From Pseudomonadota bacterium (lineage in GTDB: Bacteria; Pseudomonadota; Alphaproteobacteria; UBA11222): a DNA stretch of 64,000 nt. Positions 1 through 8,653 of this stretch are shown here, piece after piece. Location: contig JBMOMW010000059.1 of NCBI GenBank assembly GCA_049325255.1, forward strand, positions 585-64,584, given 5' to 3'. The first letter of the stretch is position 1; every line of letters begins with the position of its first letter. The position numbers and the translations under genes are program-made. The notes beneath the pieces are model-generated. The model saw only the letters and a list, made by a program, of their open reading frames with translations. It did not search any database and was not told where the DNA came from.

Positions 1-486
1 ACCTTGCCCGACATTTCATCGGTCCATTTCAGATGCGCTACAAGCTGGCCAAAGGCCTCGGCCATTTGGCCGGTCTGTTCGCCGGCAGCCACAAGCGACT
101 GAAAGACATGACCAAACAGTTTGGGATGTGATCCGAAGGCGGCGCTCAGGCTGACGCCATCATTCACTTCACGGGTGATCCGGGAAAGTGCATCACGCAA
201 ACGTGGCGCCCCGGTTGAATCACGAACTTCGGCAAGGCTTTCCATCAGTGGCACGCCGGCACGCTGCAATTGTTCCAGATGAATGCTCATCTGGATGAGA
301 TCGCGCACTTTCACCCGCTGTTGCAGCAGCCTGGTCAGCCGCTTTTCGGAAACCGCTTTATACTCGATCAGATCGAGTCCGGCGGACTCGATCAGGCCAT
401 TCAGATCCTGTTCATTCGACGCAAAAACCGCGCCCCTGACGACCCTGCCATTCTGATTGATGGCGCGATACCGGTAGTCGGGCATG
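1..486 (-). CDS. GspF/PilC-family inner-membrane platform protein, N-terminal part (gene continues past window start)
   Basis: Absent from the ORF track because it runs off the edge. Hand translation of the minus strand from ATG 486-484 gives MPDYRYRAINQNGRVVRGAVFASNEQDLNGLIESAGLDLIEY...IHLEQLQRAGVPLMESL...LVAAGEQTGQMAEAF, typical of the T2SS/T4P platform N-terminal domain. It starts 7 nt after the ATPase stop. Confidence 0.8.
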
Positions 487-493
487 ATCCTGA

Positions 494-2335
494 TTACATC
501 CGCGCGGTCAGATCAGTGGATCGTATCAAAGTGGACAGCGATATATCCCCCTTCAACACCCGTTCAATCCCATCATCCGCCATGGTTCTGTGTCCATTCT
601 CGCGCAGATAATTGCGCATCGCAGTCCGTGTGGCGCGCATGGCGATTAATTCATCCAGGCCATCATCGACATAAATAATCTCGGCAATGGTGGTGCGCCC
701 CTTGATGCCGGTATGATGGCAGGCGTCACAGCCAGGCGCATCCCACAATATAAGCGGCTTGTCTGCATCCACGCCCAGCAGGCGGCATTCATCGGGGGTG
801 GCCTGCCGCTCAATCTTGCAGGCTTTGCAATTCAGTCCGGCCAGACGCTGGGCAAACACACCGGTAATATTGCCTGACAGCATGCCGGGGTCCAGCCCCA
901 GATCATACAGTCTTGGCAGCGCGCCCAGCGCATCATTGGTATGCAGGGTGGTAAACACCTGATGCCCGGTCATGGCGGCGCGCAGCGCCATTTGCGCGGT
1001 CTCATTATCACGCACTTCGCCGATGAAGATAATATCCGGATCCTGACGCAAAATATTCCGGATGCCTTCGCCAAACGTAAGCCCCTGGTTTTCGCGAATT
1101 TGCGTTTGCCGGATCAGCGGCAGTTCATATTCCACGGGATCCTCAAGGGTCATGATATTTACCCTGGGACTGCTGATGGCCGAAAGCATGGCGTAAATCG
1201 TTGTTGACTTGCCGCTGCCGGTCGGGCCGGTAACGATGATGATGCCTTCTGGGCGCTTCAGAATGCGCTCAATCGCATGGCGGCTGCCGCCGGAAAAACC
1301 AAGATCGTCAAGGCTCAGCACCGCCTTCGCCTTGTCCAGCACGCGCAGCACAATATTTTCGCCGCCGGTGGTGGGCAGGACCGAGACGCGAAAATCTATT
1401 TCACGGTTGCCAAAGCGCATGCTCAACCGGCCATCCTGCGGATGCAGCCGGTCGGCGATGTTCATGCCACAGATAATTTTCAGCCGGTGTGACATGGCCG
1501 ACCAGTGTTCCTTATGGAAGGTCCGCACCTGCTGCAATCGCCCGTCCAGCCGGTAACGCAACCGCACGAACAGTTCTTCGGGTTCAAAATGAATGTCCGA
1601 TGCGCCCAGCTTTACCGCGTCCAGCATCAGCGCATCCACCAGCCGCACCAGCGGATGTGAATAGCCGTCACGTTCGGTGGCGGCGTTGACATCAAATTCA
1701 CCGGTTTCCAGTTCGCGCAGAATTCCGGTCACGGACATTTCATAGCCAAAATTGCGGTCTATGGCGTTGACAAGATCATCTTCCATGCAGACGCGCGGTT
1801 CGATCTGAATCCCGCGCGGCAAATAGCGCCGCAACTGATCCATCGCCATCACATCAAACGGATCGGCCATCGCCACAACGGCCTTTTCATCCGTGATGGA
1901 AATCGGCAGCACCCGGTGTTGCATGGCGACATTGCGCGGCACCAGTTTAACGGCTTCCGGATCAATCAGCGCATCGCGGATGTTAAAGGATTCAAACCCC
2001 GTTGATTCCGCCAGCAGCCGGGTAAGCATGTCGTCGGTAATAAAACCGAACTCCACAAGAATGCTGCCGACCATTTTTTCAGGGGAACGGGATTTTTCGC
2101 GCAACGCCACATCCAGTTGATCGCGGGTGATCGCGCCAAGCTCCAGCAGCCGGTCGCCCATGCGGGCCTTGGGCTTGGCAGTCTCAAGGGGGGCTGCGGG
2201 CGCGGATGTTTTGGGCGCGCCCGCATTTCCATCACCAGCGGGCGTCTGTGCGCCACGCTTTGCCGCCGGGCGATCATCCAGCACCAGGCCGGTTTTACCC
2301 GACGGTGTTCCGAATTGCGCCTGTTTATCGTCCAT
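494..2335 (-). CDS. GspE/PilB/MshE-family secretion/pilus assembly ATPase
   Basis: 613-aa ORF with Walker A GPTGSGKST and a C-terminal tetracysteine CKACK...CDACHH. N-terminal T2SSE_N/MshEN-like helices (DRLLELGAITRDQLDVAL, VGSILVEFGFITDDMLTRLL) follow a roughly 58-aa Ala/Pro/Gly/Lys-rich extension. Confidence 0.93.
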   Translation of the reverse strand: MDDKQAQFGTPSGKTGLVLDDRPAAKRGAQTPAGDGNAGAPKTSAPAAPLETAKPKARMGDRLLELGAITRDQLDVALREKSRSPEKMVGSILVEFGFITDDMLTRLLAESTGFESFNIRDALIDPEAVKLVPRNVAMQHRVLPISITDEKAVVAMADPFDVMAMDQLRRYLPRGIQIEPRVCMEDDLVNAIDRNFGYEMSVTGILRELETGEFDVNAATERDGYSHPLVRLVDALMLDAVKLGASDIHFEPEELFVRLRYRLDGRLQQVRTFHKEHWSAMSHRLKIICGMNIADRLHPQDGRLSMRFGNREIDFRVSVLPTTGGENIVLRVLDKAKAVLSLDDLGFSGGSRHAIERILKRPEGIIIVTGPTGSGKSTTIYAMLSAISSPRVNIMTLEDPVEYELPLIRQTQIRENQGLTFGEGIRNILRQDPDIIFIGEVRDNETAQMALRAAMTGHQVFTTLHTNDALGALPRLYDLGLDPGMLSGNITGVFAQRLAGLNCKACKIERQATPDECRLLGVDADKPLILWDAPGCDACHHTGIKGRTTIAEIIYVDDGLDELIAMRATRTAMRNYLRENGHRTMADDGIERVLKGDISLSTLIRSTDLTARM

Positions 2336-2358
2336 TGGACCAGCCCTTACAGATAATG

Positions 2359-3192
2359 TTAGTTGCAGCCCGGCGTATTCGTGTCATTGCCATTGCCGTC
2401 CTGGCAATGATCGGGAATGCCATCATTATTTCGATCATTACCGCCACCGCCACGGCCGCCGCCAACCGCGGCTATCGGACAGTTATCATTATAGTCCGAT
2501 GACCTGGCGGCCAACACAGTGTCGTCAAAATAATTGGCGGCGCCGGGATTTGTCTGATAGGGCCCCTGGGTAATATCCTTGGCGCTGGGATTTGCGCAGG
2601 TAACATTGGCCGGATTTACTGCGCTGCCGGAGCAATTTTCGCGTTCCAGCGCACTGGCGGGATTTGCCGTCTGGCGGCCAATTGGCAGCCAGCCACCCAA
2701 ACCGTTGGATCCGTGACTGATCAGCACAAACAGGCTGGTGTCCGCCGATGGATTAAGGCGAAGCGTTCCCGCGCGTGCGTCATTCCCCTGACAGATTTTT
2801 GCTGCATTGGAATTAACCGGCTCAAGATCCGGATCGACATGGTAACTGATCAGGCGGCCGAACCGATCCGTGGCGTCATCCCTTGTAATACCCAGCGTCA
2901 CCCAGGGTACAACCCCATCATTATTATTGCCCGCGCACCCTGCCCGTGATGCGCCATCTCCATCCCCATTGGCGGGACAGGGCAGATGCCGCGTCAGAAA
3001 GACATGCGCGCGAATGGTTTTTTCGAGTTCAAGCAGTTGTGCGCTATTTGATTTAACATTTTGCAGCGCGGCGCCGTTACCCTTCAGCATGAGCGTGCCG
3101 AGACCGATAAAGGCGCCCGCCGCCAGGATCAGCGCCAGCAACATGGGGATGATGCCGCTTTCCGACCTTATCAGATGTTTCCACCGCATCAC
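2359..3192 (-). CDS. pilin-like membrane-anchored protein lacking the canonical prepilin cleavage motif; paralog of 3189..3998
   Basis: 277 aa with a 4-nt overlap onto the upstream pilin gene. It has one N-terminal hydrophobic helix (IIPMLLALILAAGAFIGLGTLML) but no G-F-T-L-x-E. It shares the blocks LPCP, VPWxTLG, GRxISYxV and SHGxNxxGGxLPxG with the neighbouring pilin. The C-terminus is GGGRGGGGNDRNNDGIPDHCQDGNGND. Confidence 0.6.
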   Translation of the reverse strand: MMRWKHLIRSESGIIPMLLALILAAGAFIGLGTLMLKGNGAALQNVKSNSAQLLELEKTIRAHVFLTRHLPCPANGDGDGASRAGCAGNNNDGVVPWVTLGITRDDATDRFGRLISYHVDPDLEPVNSNAAKICQGNDARAGTLRLNPSADTSLFVLISHGSNGLGGWLPIGRQTANPASALERENCSGSAVNPANVTCANPSAKDITQGPYQTNPGAANYFDDTVLAARSSDYNDNCPIAAVGGGRGGGGNDRNNDGIPDHCQDGNGNDTNTPGCN

Positions 3193-3998
3193 GGTTTACT
3201 GCATCCCAGCGCTATGGCTATCTGACTGCTTGTTCGCGCCCGTACAATGTCATCAAACCCCACAATGCTGTCACCGGCAGCCAGCTTTTCATAATAATAG
3301 ACGGTATTCGCAACGCCATTCCCGCCGGGGGTTTTTATGTTCGCCAATTCGGTCGTGGAGGCGCCGGCAACAGGCGTTAACGCCCCGCTGGGCAGATATC
3401 CCCCCGCACTGTTCTCACCATGGCTGACCAGGATATAGGCGGCTTTTGCAGCGCCTGCCGCACCGCCCGGTGGCGGGATGGCCGCATTATTGGCCCCGCG
3501 ATTTTCCAGTCTGCCTTTTGAAATTCCACTAAACCCCTTGCTGTTGCAATCCAGCGGCGGGGTTGCCGGTCCTGGCGGGGGCGGGACGTCTACCGTTAAT
3601 GTGTTGGTTACCGCATAGCTGATGCGCCGGCCCCAGCCATCCACCACATCTGATTCGGAAAGTCCAAGCGTACGCCAGGGTACGCCGCCTGAGGTAAAAG
3701 TCGAGGTGCAAAAACCGCCGCCGGGTGTTGTCGCCACGCCATTTGAAGCTGATCCCGGCCCCAATGTTGGGTCGGACGGGCATGGCAAATAATAGGTGGC
3801 GGCAAAAATCGTCAGCGCGTCTTCAATGATTTTAAGTTTGGCCCTGGTTTCGTTGCGCTTGTTATTGTCCAGAAGGGGTTGCAGCATCATGCTGCCGCCG
3901 CCCAGCAGCAGCCCCAGTATGGCGAGAACAATCGCCAGCTCTATCAGTGTAAAGCCGCGCGCGCGCTGTTTTTTCCACCACCCGTCAGACAGGTGCAT
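3189..3998 (-). CDS. prepilin-type N-terminal cleavage/methylation domain protein (minor pilin/pseudopilin, 269 aa)
   Basis: N-terminus MHLSDGWWKKQRARG|FTLIELAIVLAILGLLLGG is a class III signal peptide with Glu at +5. Confidence 0.85.
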   Translation of the reverse strand: MHLSDGWWKKQRARGFTLIELAIVLAILGLLLGGGSMMLQPLLDNNKRNETRAKLKIIEDALTIFAATYYLPCPSDPTLGPGSASNGVATTPGGGFCTSTFTSGGVPWRTLGLSESDVVDGWGRRISYAVTNTLTVDVPPPPGPATPPLDCNSKGFSGISKGRLENRGANNAAIPPPGGAAGAAKAAYILVSHGENSAGGYLPSGALTPVAGASTTELANIKTPGGNGVANTVYYYEKLAAGDSIVGFDDIVRARTSSQIAIALGCSKP

Positions 3999-4074
3999 TC
4001 TAACATCCCCCAGGACAAAAGGCCGGGAAATCCCCCGGCCTTTCCATTCATTTCAAGGCCTAAGCCTGGCCCGG

Positions 4075-4845
4075 TCAGTTCAGATCAATAATCAGATTGC
4101 AGGTGCTATTACCGCTGGCCGCCAGATAAGGAGCTGTCACCACGCCTGAAAAGCAGGTAGCAGCAGCGGATAACGTAGTGTTGGTAAACACCGAACCGGT
4201 ACCAGGCCGCCCATCGTCAAGCACACGGTCAATCTGCAACGCCTGATCCGGCCGCAGGGCCCCTGTGGTGGCAGCCGGCGCGGCCGGTGTCCCAGTCAAC
4301 CGCAGCACATGGCGTCCCGTTAACGGCTGAAAAAGAACATGAAAACCGCCCCCGGTTGCAGCGCTGGGAAAGCGGCTGCCAAAAGTAGCCGTGCTAGTGC
4401 CATCCGTATCTATATTACCGATGAAGCGGGCTGCGGCAAGTTGCTGCCAGAACGCAACATTTTCCGCAGCCGCGCTTACGTCATCTGAATAGGTGGCGTT
4501 GGCATTTGCGCCTACAACGCCGTTTCCGTTACCCGCAGCCGCAGGCAGGCATGGCGCCGCCGTACAATTGGGGATTATATTGTTTGCGCCGACCAAATCC
4601 CCTGGCAGGGCGCCATACTTATCCCTGAAGGCAGCGGTTGCCGCCTGATAGGACTGCGCTTGTGACACCACATTTTTAACTTGGGCGTTGCCGATCAGCT
4701 CCTGGCCTTTCAGAATGCCGCCAATGATCAGGCCAATGATGACCAGCACAATCGAAAGCTCCACCAGCGTGAAACCCTTTTGCGAGGATATTTCCGGCTG
4801 TACAGCTTCCCCAATCGAAATTTTGCTAACGGCTTGATTTTTCAT
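4075..4845 (-). CDS. prepilin-type N-terminal cleavage/methylation domain protein (probable major pilin, 256 aa)
   Basis: ORF is 4075..4890, but I place the start at ATG 4845 because of an upstream GGAG. The motif is ...EISSQKG|FTLVELSIVLVIIGLIIGG after a 24-residue leader. There are two Cys pairs (NCTAAPC and CFSG...STC). A 175-bp AT-rich region upstream suggests its own promoter. Confidence 0.85.
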   Translation of the reverse strand: MKNQAVSKISIGEAVQPEISSQKGFTLVELSIVLVIIGLIIGGILKGQELIGNAQVKNVVSQAQSYQAATAAFRDKYGALPGDLVGANNIIPNCTAAPCLPAAAGNGNGVVGANANATYSDDVSAAAENVAFWQQLAAARFIGNIDTDGTSTATFGSRFPSAATGGGFHVLFQPLTGRHVLRLTGTPAAPAATTGALRPDQALQIDRVLDDGRPGTGSVFTNTTLSAAATCFSGVVTAPYLAASGNSTCNLIIDLN

Positions 4846-5065
4846 GGTTATGGCTCCATTTCGTTCGAAAACTGAAATTTTATCTCTCACTTAACCTCAA
4901 CCTCACGATACGATCCAGGTAGTCTATAGTTACGAAATATAGGTAAAAATAACTAGCCTCTTTTTCGTGGTGGATGCAAATTCCACCATATTCGTGACGG
5001 CCATCACAGCATTAGAAGCTTTAATAAACCGTTAAGCTACACTGATTCGATGAATATTCATCAAT

Positions 5066-5779
5066 TTATCTGATTTCATCAGGAAAACCCAATCTGGTGT
5101 CAATATAGTTGCGAATAAAAAACTGCTCCGCCGGATGTAAATCGGGGGTAGTCATCAATATTGCCTCGAGTATGTCGCGTGCTGCTTCGCGCTCGCCTGC
5201 ATCCGCCAGCACAAACGCCGGAAGCTGGCGCGTCCAGACGGGCATGTTCCGCGCAGGCAATGCCGCCAACTGTTTTGCCAGCGCAAGCCCCAGAACAGGA
5301 TCCTTGACCCTATAGCGCGCCAGATACGCCCCATAGGCCAGCCAGCGCCAGTGCTGTTGCGGATTTTCCACAGCAAGCTGTTGCAGATAGCCGATAATCT
5401 GGCGCACCTGATCAGGATTGCGGCTTTGCCCAAAATAATAGGCGGCGAAGGAAGGGACATACTGGCTTTTGGGATCCATTTGGGACAACAGGGTGAACCA
5501 GTCCACCAGCCGGACATAATCATATGCCGCCAGCGGCGTAAGCTCGCCCGCCCAGTCCCCCATATTTTGCAAACCCAATCCCGCAGCGCGATAATAGAAT
5601 TGCGTATCGCCAAGCCCGGTCATCCGGGCGGCGGCGGGCGCCGGGGCAAGACTGACTCCGCTCCAGGGTATGCGGATCGAATGCGCCTGCGACCAGAACA
5701 GCGATTGCCCCGCCAGCGCTACAAGCAACGCTATAATATAAAAGCGCGGCACATGTCTGAGTTTTCCCTGCCCGCCCAT
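5066..5779 (-). CDS. membrane-anchored helical-repeat (TPR/Sel1-like) protein of the pilus operon
   Basis: Start is placed at ATG 5779, giving TGAGATG coupling to the upstream stop. There is an N-terminal TM helix (FYIIALLVALAGQSLFW). The rest is alpha-helical repeat-like sequence rich in A/L/Y/W with no catalytic motif. Confidence 0.5.
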   Translation of the reverse strand: MGGQGKLRHVPRFYIIALLVALAGQSLFWSQAHSIRIPWSGVSLAPAPAAARMTGLGDTQFYYRAAGLGLQNMGDWAGELTPLAAYDYVRLVDWFTLLSQMDPKSQYVPSFAAYYFGQSRNPDQVRQIIGYLQQLAVENPQQHWRWLAYGAYLARYRVKDPVLGLALAKQLAALPARNMPVWTRQLPAFVLADAGEREAARDILEAILMTTPDLHPAEQFFIRNYIDTRLGFPDEIR

Positions 5780-5780
5780 C

Positions 5781-6566
5781 TCATAACCGCCTGCGGCTGA
5801 AATCAATCATGGCGCCGGCCAGGATCAGTGGCGCGAACGCCAGACTTTGCAACACTGCCCAAACGACACCGGGCTCACCGCCATTCCATCCGTACACCAA
5901 CCATTCACTGCGGGTAAAAAAGTCCAGCCTGGGTATGATCAGGGAGATTAGCCTGAAGCCATAGCCCAGTAAAAGGTCAACCCCCCCGGCCTCTCCGGCC
6001 TTGTCCGCAAGAGCGCCCAGCAATCCGCTCATCCGCGCCAGCACATAAAAGCCCATACAGGCCAGCGTACACGCAACCGCACTGTTGAGGATCAGGCCAA
6101 AGAAAACCGCAGTCAGGATCATCAGCATGCTTTCCAGCGCCAGGCTTAATCCCCACGCCAGCAGGCCGTCCAGCGGCGGCCTGGCGCACAGCCATACAAG
6201 CGCGATGGCCACCGCCACACAAATGAAACCAACGATGACAAGGCTGGCGCTATAAACCAGCACGAAGGCGCCGCGCGAAATGGGCCGCGATAAAATCAGC
6301 GCAATCTCGCCTCCCGCCATGGCCTGGCGGATGTGAAACGAAACAAATAACACCAGCCCCGAGATAATCAGTACACGGCTGCCCGCGCCAAATAGCGCCG
6401 CCGCCATTTCGCGCTGTTCAATAATAGCGCTACTACTCAGGAAAATCACCAGCGCCGCGCCAACCGCCAGCATAACCGGCAAGGCCAGAAACAAACGGTC
6501 GCGCAGCGCCGTAATAAGTATGTATCGCAATAAGGTCGCGCCGATCCTGAATTGATCCGTGCGCAT
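5781..6566 (-). CDS. polytopic ABC-2-type permease-like membrane protein (no cognate ATPase nearby)
   Basis: 261 aa from MRTDQF with about 6 hydrophobic segments. The motif GGEIALILSRPISRGAFVLV resembles the ABC-2 family E-x-G-T-x-E-x-L-x-x-P-x-S-R signature. It lies 4 nt downstream of the secretin stop. Confidence 0.55.
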   Translation of the reverse strand: MRTDQFRIGATLLRYILITALRDRLFLALPVMLAVGAALVIFLSSSAIIEQREMAAALFGAGSRVLIISGLVLFVSFHIRQAMAGGEIALILSRPISRGAFVLVYSASLVIVGFICVAVAIALVWLCARPPLDGLLAWGLSLALESMLMILTAVFFGLILNSAVACTLACMGFYVLARMSGLLGALADKAGEAGGVDLLLGYGFRLISLIIPRLDFFTRSEWLVYGWNGGEPGVVWAVLQSLAFAPLILAGAMIDFSRRRL

Positions 6567-6570
6567 TTCG

Positions 6571-8559
6571 CTAGAAGGGCAGTGGACGGCGGTCACGCCC
6601 GAACGTCTTGTACAGATCAATATCGGCGGGGCTGGCGCCACTGTCTTCTATGATGGTGGCGCGCAGGAATATAACCAGTTCGGTCTGCCGGTTTGCATCA
6701 CTGCGGGCCTTGAACAGATTGCCAATGACCGGCAGGCTGGACGCCCCAGGCAAACCTGTATCCGTTGAGATTGCACTATCCTGCATCAGGCCGCCCATTA
6801 CAAGTACGCGCCCCGAACGCACCGTCACCACGCTGTCTATTTCCTGTACAGCAATGATGGGCACAGGCGATTGCACCGTATTGTTCGATGCAATGGAAAC
6901 GCCGGGATCATTGATCGTGCCGGTAATGCGCGTGATGGTTGGACGCAGGGTCATGCCAATCTCGTCTGTCTCACTATGGATCGATGGCTGCACGGTGATG
7001 ATAACGCCTTCGGGAACCGTGCGGATATTGCTGTCTACGGTAACCCTATCCGTATTGGTCGTCTCATTCGTTGTGCGTTCGAAATCCAGTTCAAAAAACA
7101 CCCGGTTCTCAACGACTTTCAGCACCGCGCTTTGGTTATGCTGCACTGTCAGGCGCGGACTTGACAGTGTGCGCACCGTGCCGAACTGTTGCGCCAGGCT
7201 GGCCACCGCATCGATGTCATTGCGATCCAGCGCCAGGGTTACGACCCCGGATGTTGCCGCATTCAACCCGTCAAACGGTCCCGATTGCGGCACGGCGACC
7301 GTATTTCCAAAACGCGCAGCACCTGTTGCCGCACCCAATACGCCCGCCCAATTGATGCCGCCTTCATAATTATCCGATAATTGCACTTCCAGAACTTTTG
7401 CTTCGATCAGCACCTGGCCTGCAATGGCGCGGCGCAGTTTGCGTAAATAGCCTTCGATCATTTTATGCTGGCGCTGGGTGCCATACACATTGATCAGGCC
7501 AGCAACCCGATTAATACTATAGGGGCGCTGGTTGGGGGGTGCTGTTGCCACTGCGGCAACGGCCGCCGCTGTTGCGGTTAGTGGAGCGGCGACATCCGCG
7601 GGAACAGCCGCACCGGCTGCGCCTGCCGTCTGTGTGGGATTCGCAAGCGCTGATCCCAAACCGGGAATATTTTCTAACTGCTGTGCAAGGCCTGAGGTGG
7701 CTGATGGTGTGCTGCCGGGTTGCGCCGCAATGGGGGTAAGCGGCAATGGGTTGGGCGCCCCGGATGACACATTCGCATCACTGGCCAACGTGGCGGCGGA
7801 ATCCTCTGTCAATAAACTTTTACGCTCTGCGCTACGGTTCATCAGCATGCTGACATTGGCTTCCAGTTCTTCCCAGAAATTGTTTTTTGACTCGCTGCTG
7901 ACTTCACTTGCGGAACTGTTGCCCTGGCCGCCGCTGCCTTCGCCGCCGACCACTTCGCCGCCCACCACATCAACCGTGGTGGAAACAGAGCTTTTGGTGT
8001 CGCGAATGACATTCAGATAATCGACGCGGTAACTTTGCAGATAGGGCAGATCGCGCTCAATGCGCAGCACATTACCGTTCAAATTATAACGCAGATCGGC
8101 CATGTCCGCGATACGCTCGATCACTTCCTCGAAGGGGCGCTGGCGCACGGAAAAAATCAGGCTGCCGGAAATGCGCGGGTCCAGTTCCAGCCCGACATTG
8201 GCCTGTTGCGCCAATTCGACCAGAACCTCGCGTATCGGCACATTTTCATTGACGGAAATCGTCACCGACCGGGCGTTGGCAGGCAGCGCGAGATTTGGCA
8301 TGGGCACAAGAGATTCAGCCTGCGGAATTGGCGGCGGCGCGGATGACCCGTCATTTTCCGGCGCGCGCGGTTTTAAAGCGTCGCGATAATCCCCCCGGTC
8401 CAGTCCGGCGCCACGATCCTGTTTATCAAAATTCGGCTGGGAAAGATTGCCGCAAGCGCCCAGTAGCGCCAGGCCTATGAATGCCGCGCGCCGCGCCATG
8501 ACTTTGACGGATCCAGTATTTGCGTAGGCAAAAAAGTCGGCAACAGTCATACGGACCAT
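6571..8559 (-). CDS. secretin (GspD/PilQ/MshL family), probable lipoprotein
   Basis: The C-terminal secretin domain reads LSSPRLTVQHNQSAVLKV...VVTVRSGRVLVMGGLMQD...LPGASSLPVIGNLFKARSD...ELVIFLRATII. A lipobox LALLGAC is present. An alternative start at ATG 8499 (MARRAAF) gives a standard-length lipoprotein signal. A long Ala/Pro/Ser/Thr linker sits mid-protein. Confidence 0.92.
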   Translation of the reverse strand: MVRMTVADFFAYANTGSVKVMARRAAFIGLALLGACGNLSQPNFDKQDRGAGLDRGDYRDALKPRAPENDGSSAPPPIPQAESLVPMPNLALPANARSVTISVNENVPIREVLVELAQQANVGLELDPRISGSLIFSVRQRPFEEVIERIADMADLRYNLNGNVLRIERDLPYLQSYRVDYLNVIRDTKSSVSTTVDVVGGEVVGGEGSGGQGNSSASEVSSESKNNFWEELEANVSMLMNRSAERKSLLTEDSAATLASDANVSSGAPNPLPLTPIAAQPGSTPSATSGLAQQLENIPGLGSALANPTQTAGAAGAAVPADVAAPLTATAAAVAAVATAPPNQRPYSINRVAGLINVYGTQRQHKMIEGYLRKLRRAIAGQVLIEAKVLEVQLSDNYEGGINWAGVLGAATGAARFGNTVAVPQSGPFDGLNAATSGVVTLALDRNDIDAVASLAQQFGTVRTLSSPRLTVQHNQSAVLKVVENRVFFELDFERTTNETTNTDRVTVDSNIRTVPEGVIITVQPSIHSETDEIGMTLRPTITRITGTINDPGVSIASNNTVQSPVPIIAVQEIDSVVTVRSGRVLVMGGLMQDSAISTDTGLPGASSLPVIGNLFKARSDANRQTELVIFLRATIIEDSGASPADIDLYKTFGRDRRPLPF

Positions 8560-8593
8560 ATTCTTGAAGCCCCCTTTGTTTCAGAGAGCAAAT

Positions 8594-8653
8594 GTTAATC
8601 AAGGAGCTTAATGTGTTAACTATTGAAGTTAATTATTAGTTAATCAGCGTTAA
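8594..8653 (-). promoter_or_regulatory. AT-rich upstream region of the secretin operon with five phased GTTAA repeats
   Basis: GTTAA occurs at 8594, 8615, 8628, 8639 and 8649, giving spacings of 21, 13, 11 and 10 bp. The region lies between the secretin start and the cinA-like stop. Confidence 0.3.

Noticed and set aside
270-678. Plus-strand ORFs 270..611 and 484..678
   Set aside because: They are antisense shadows. The minus strand here encodes a convincing GspF/PilC N-terminus and the end of the ATPase.
4846-4960. Sigma54 (-24/-12) promoter upstream of the major pilin gene
   Set aside because: The best candidate (CTGGATCGTATCGTGA on the minus strand) has GG but lacks GC at the obligatory spacing. 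I cannot support it.
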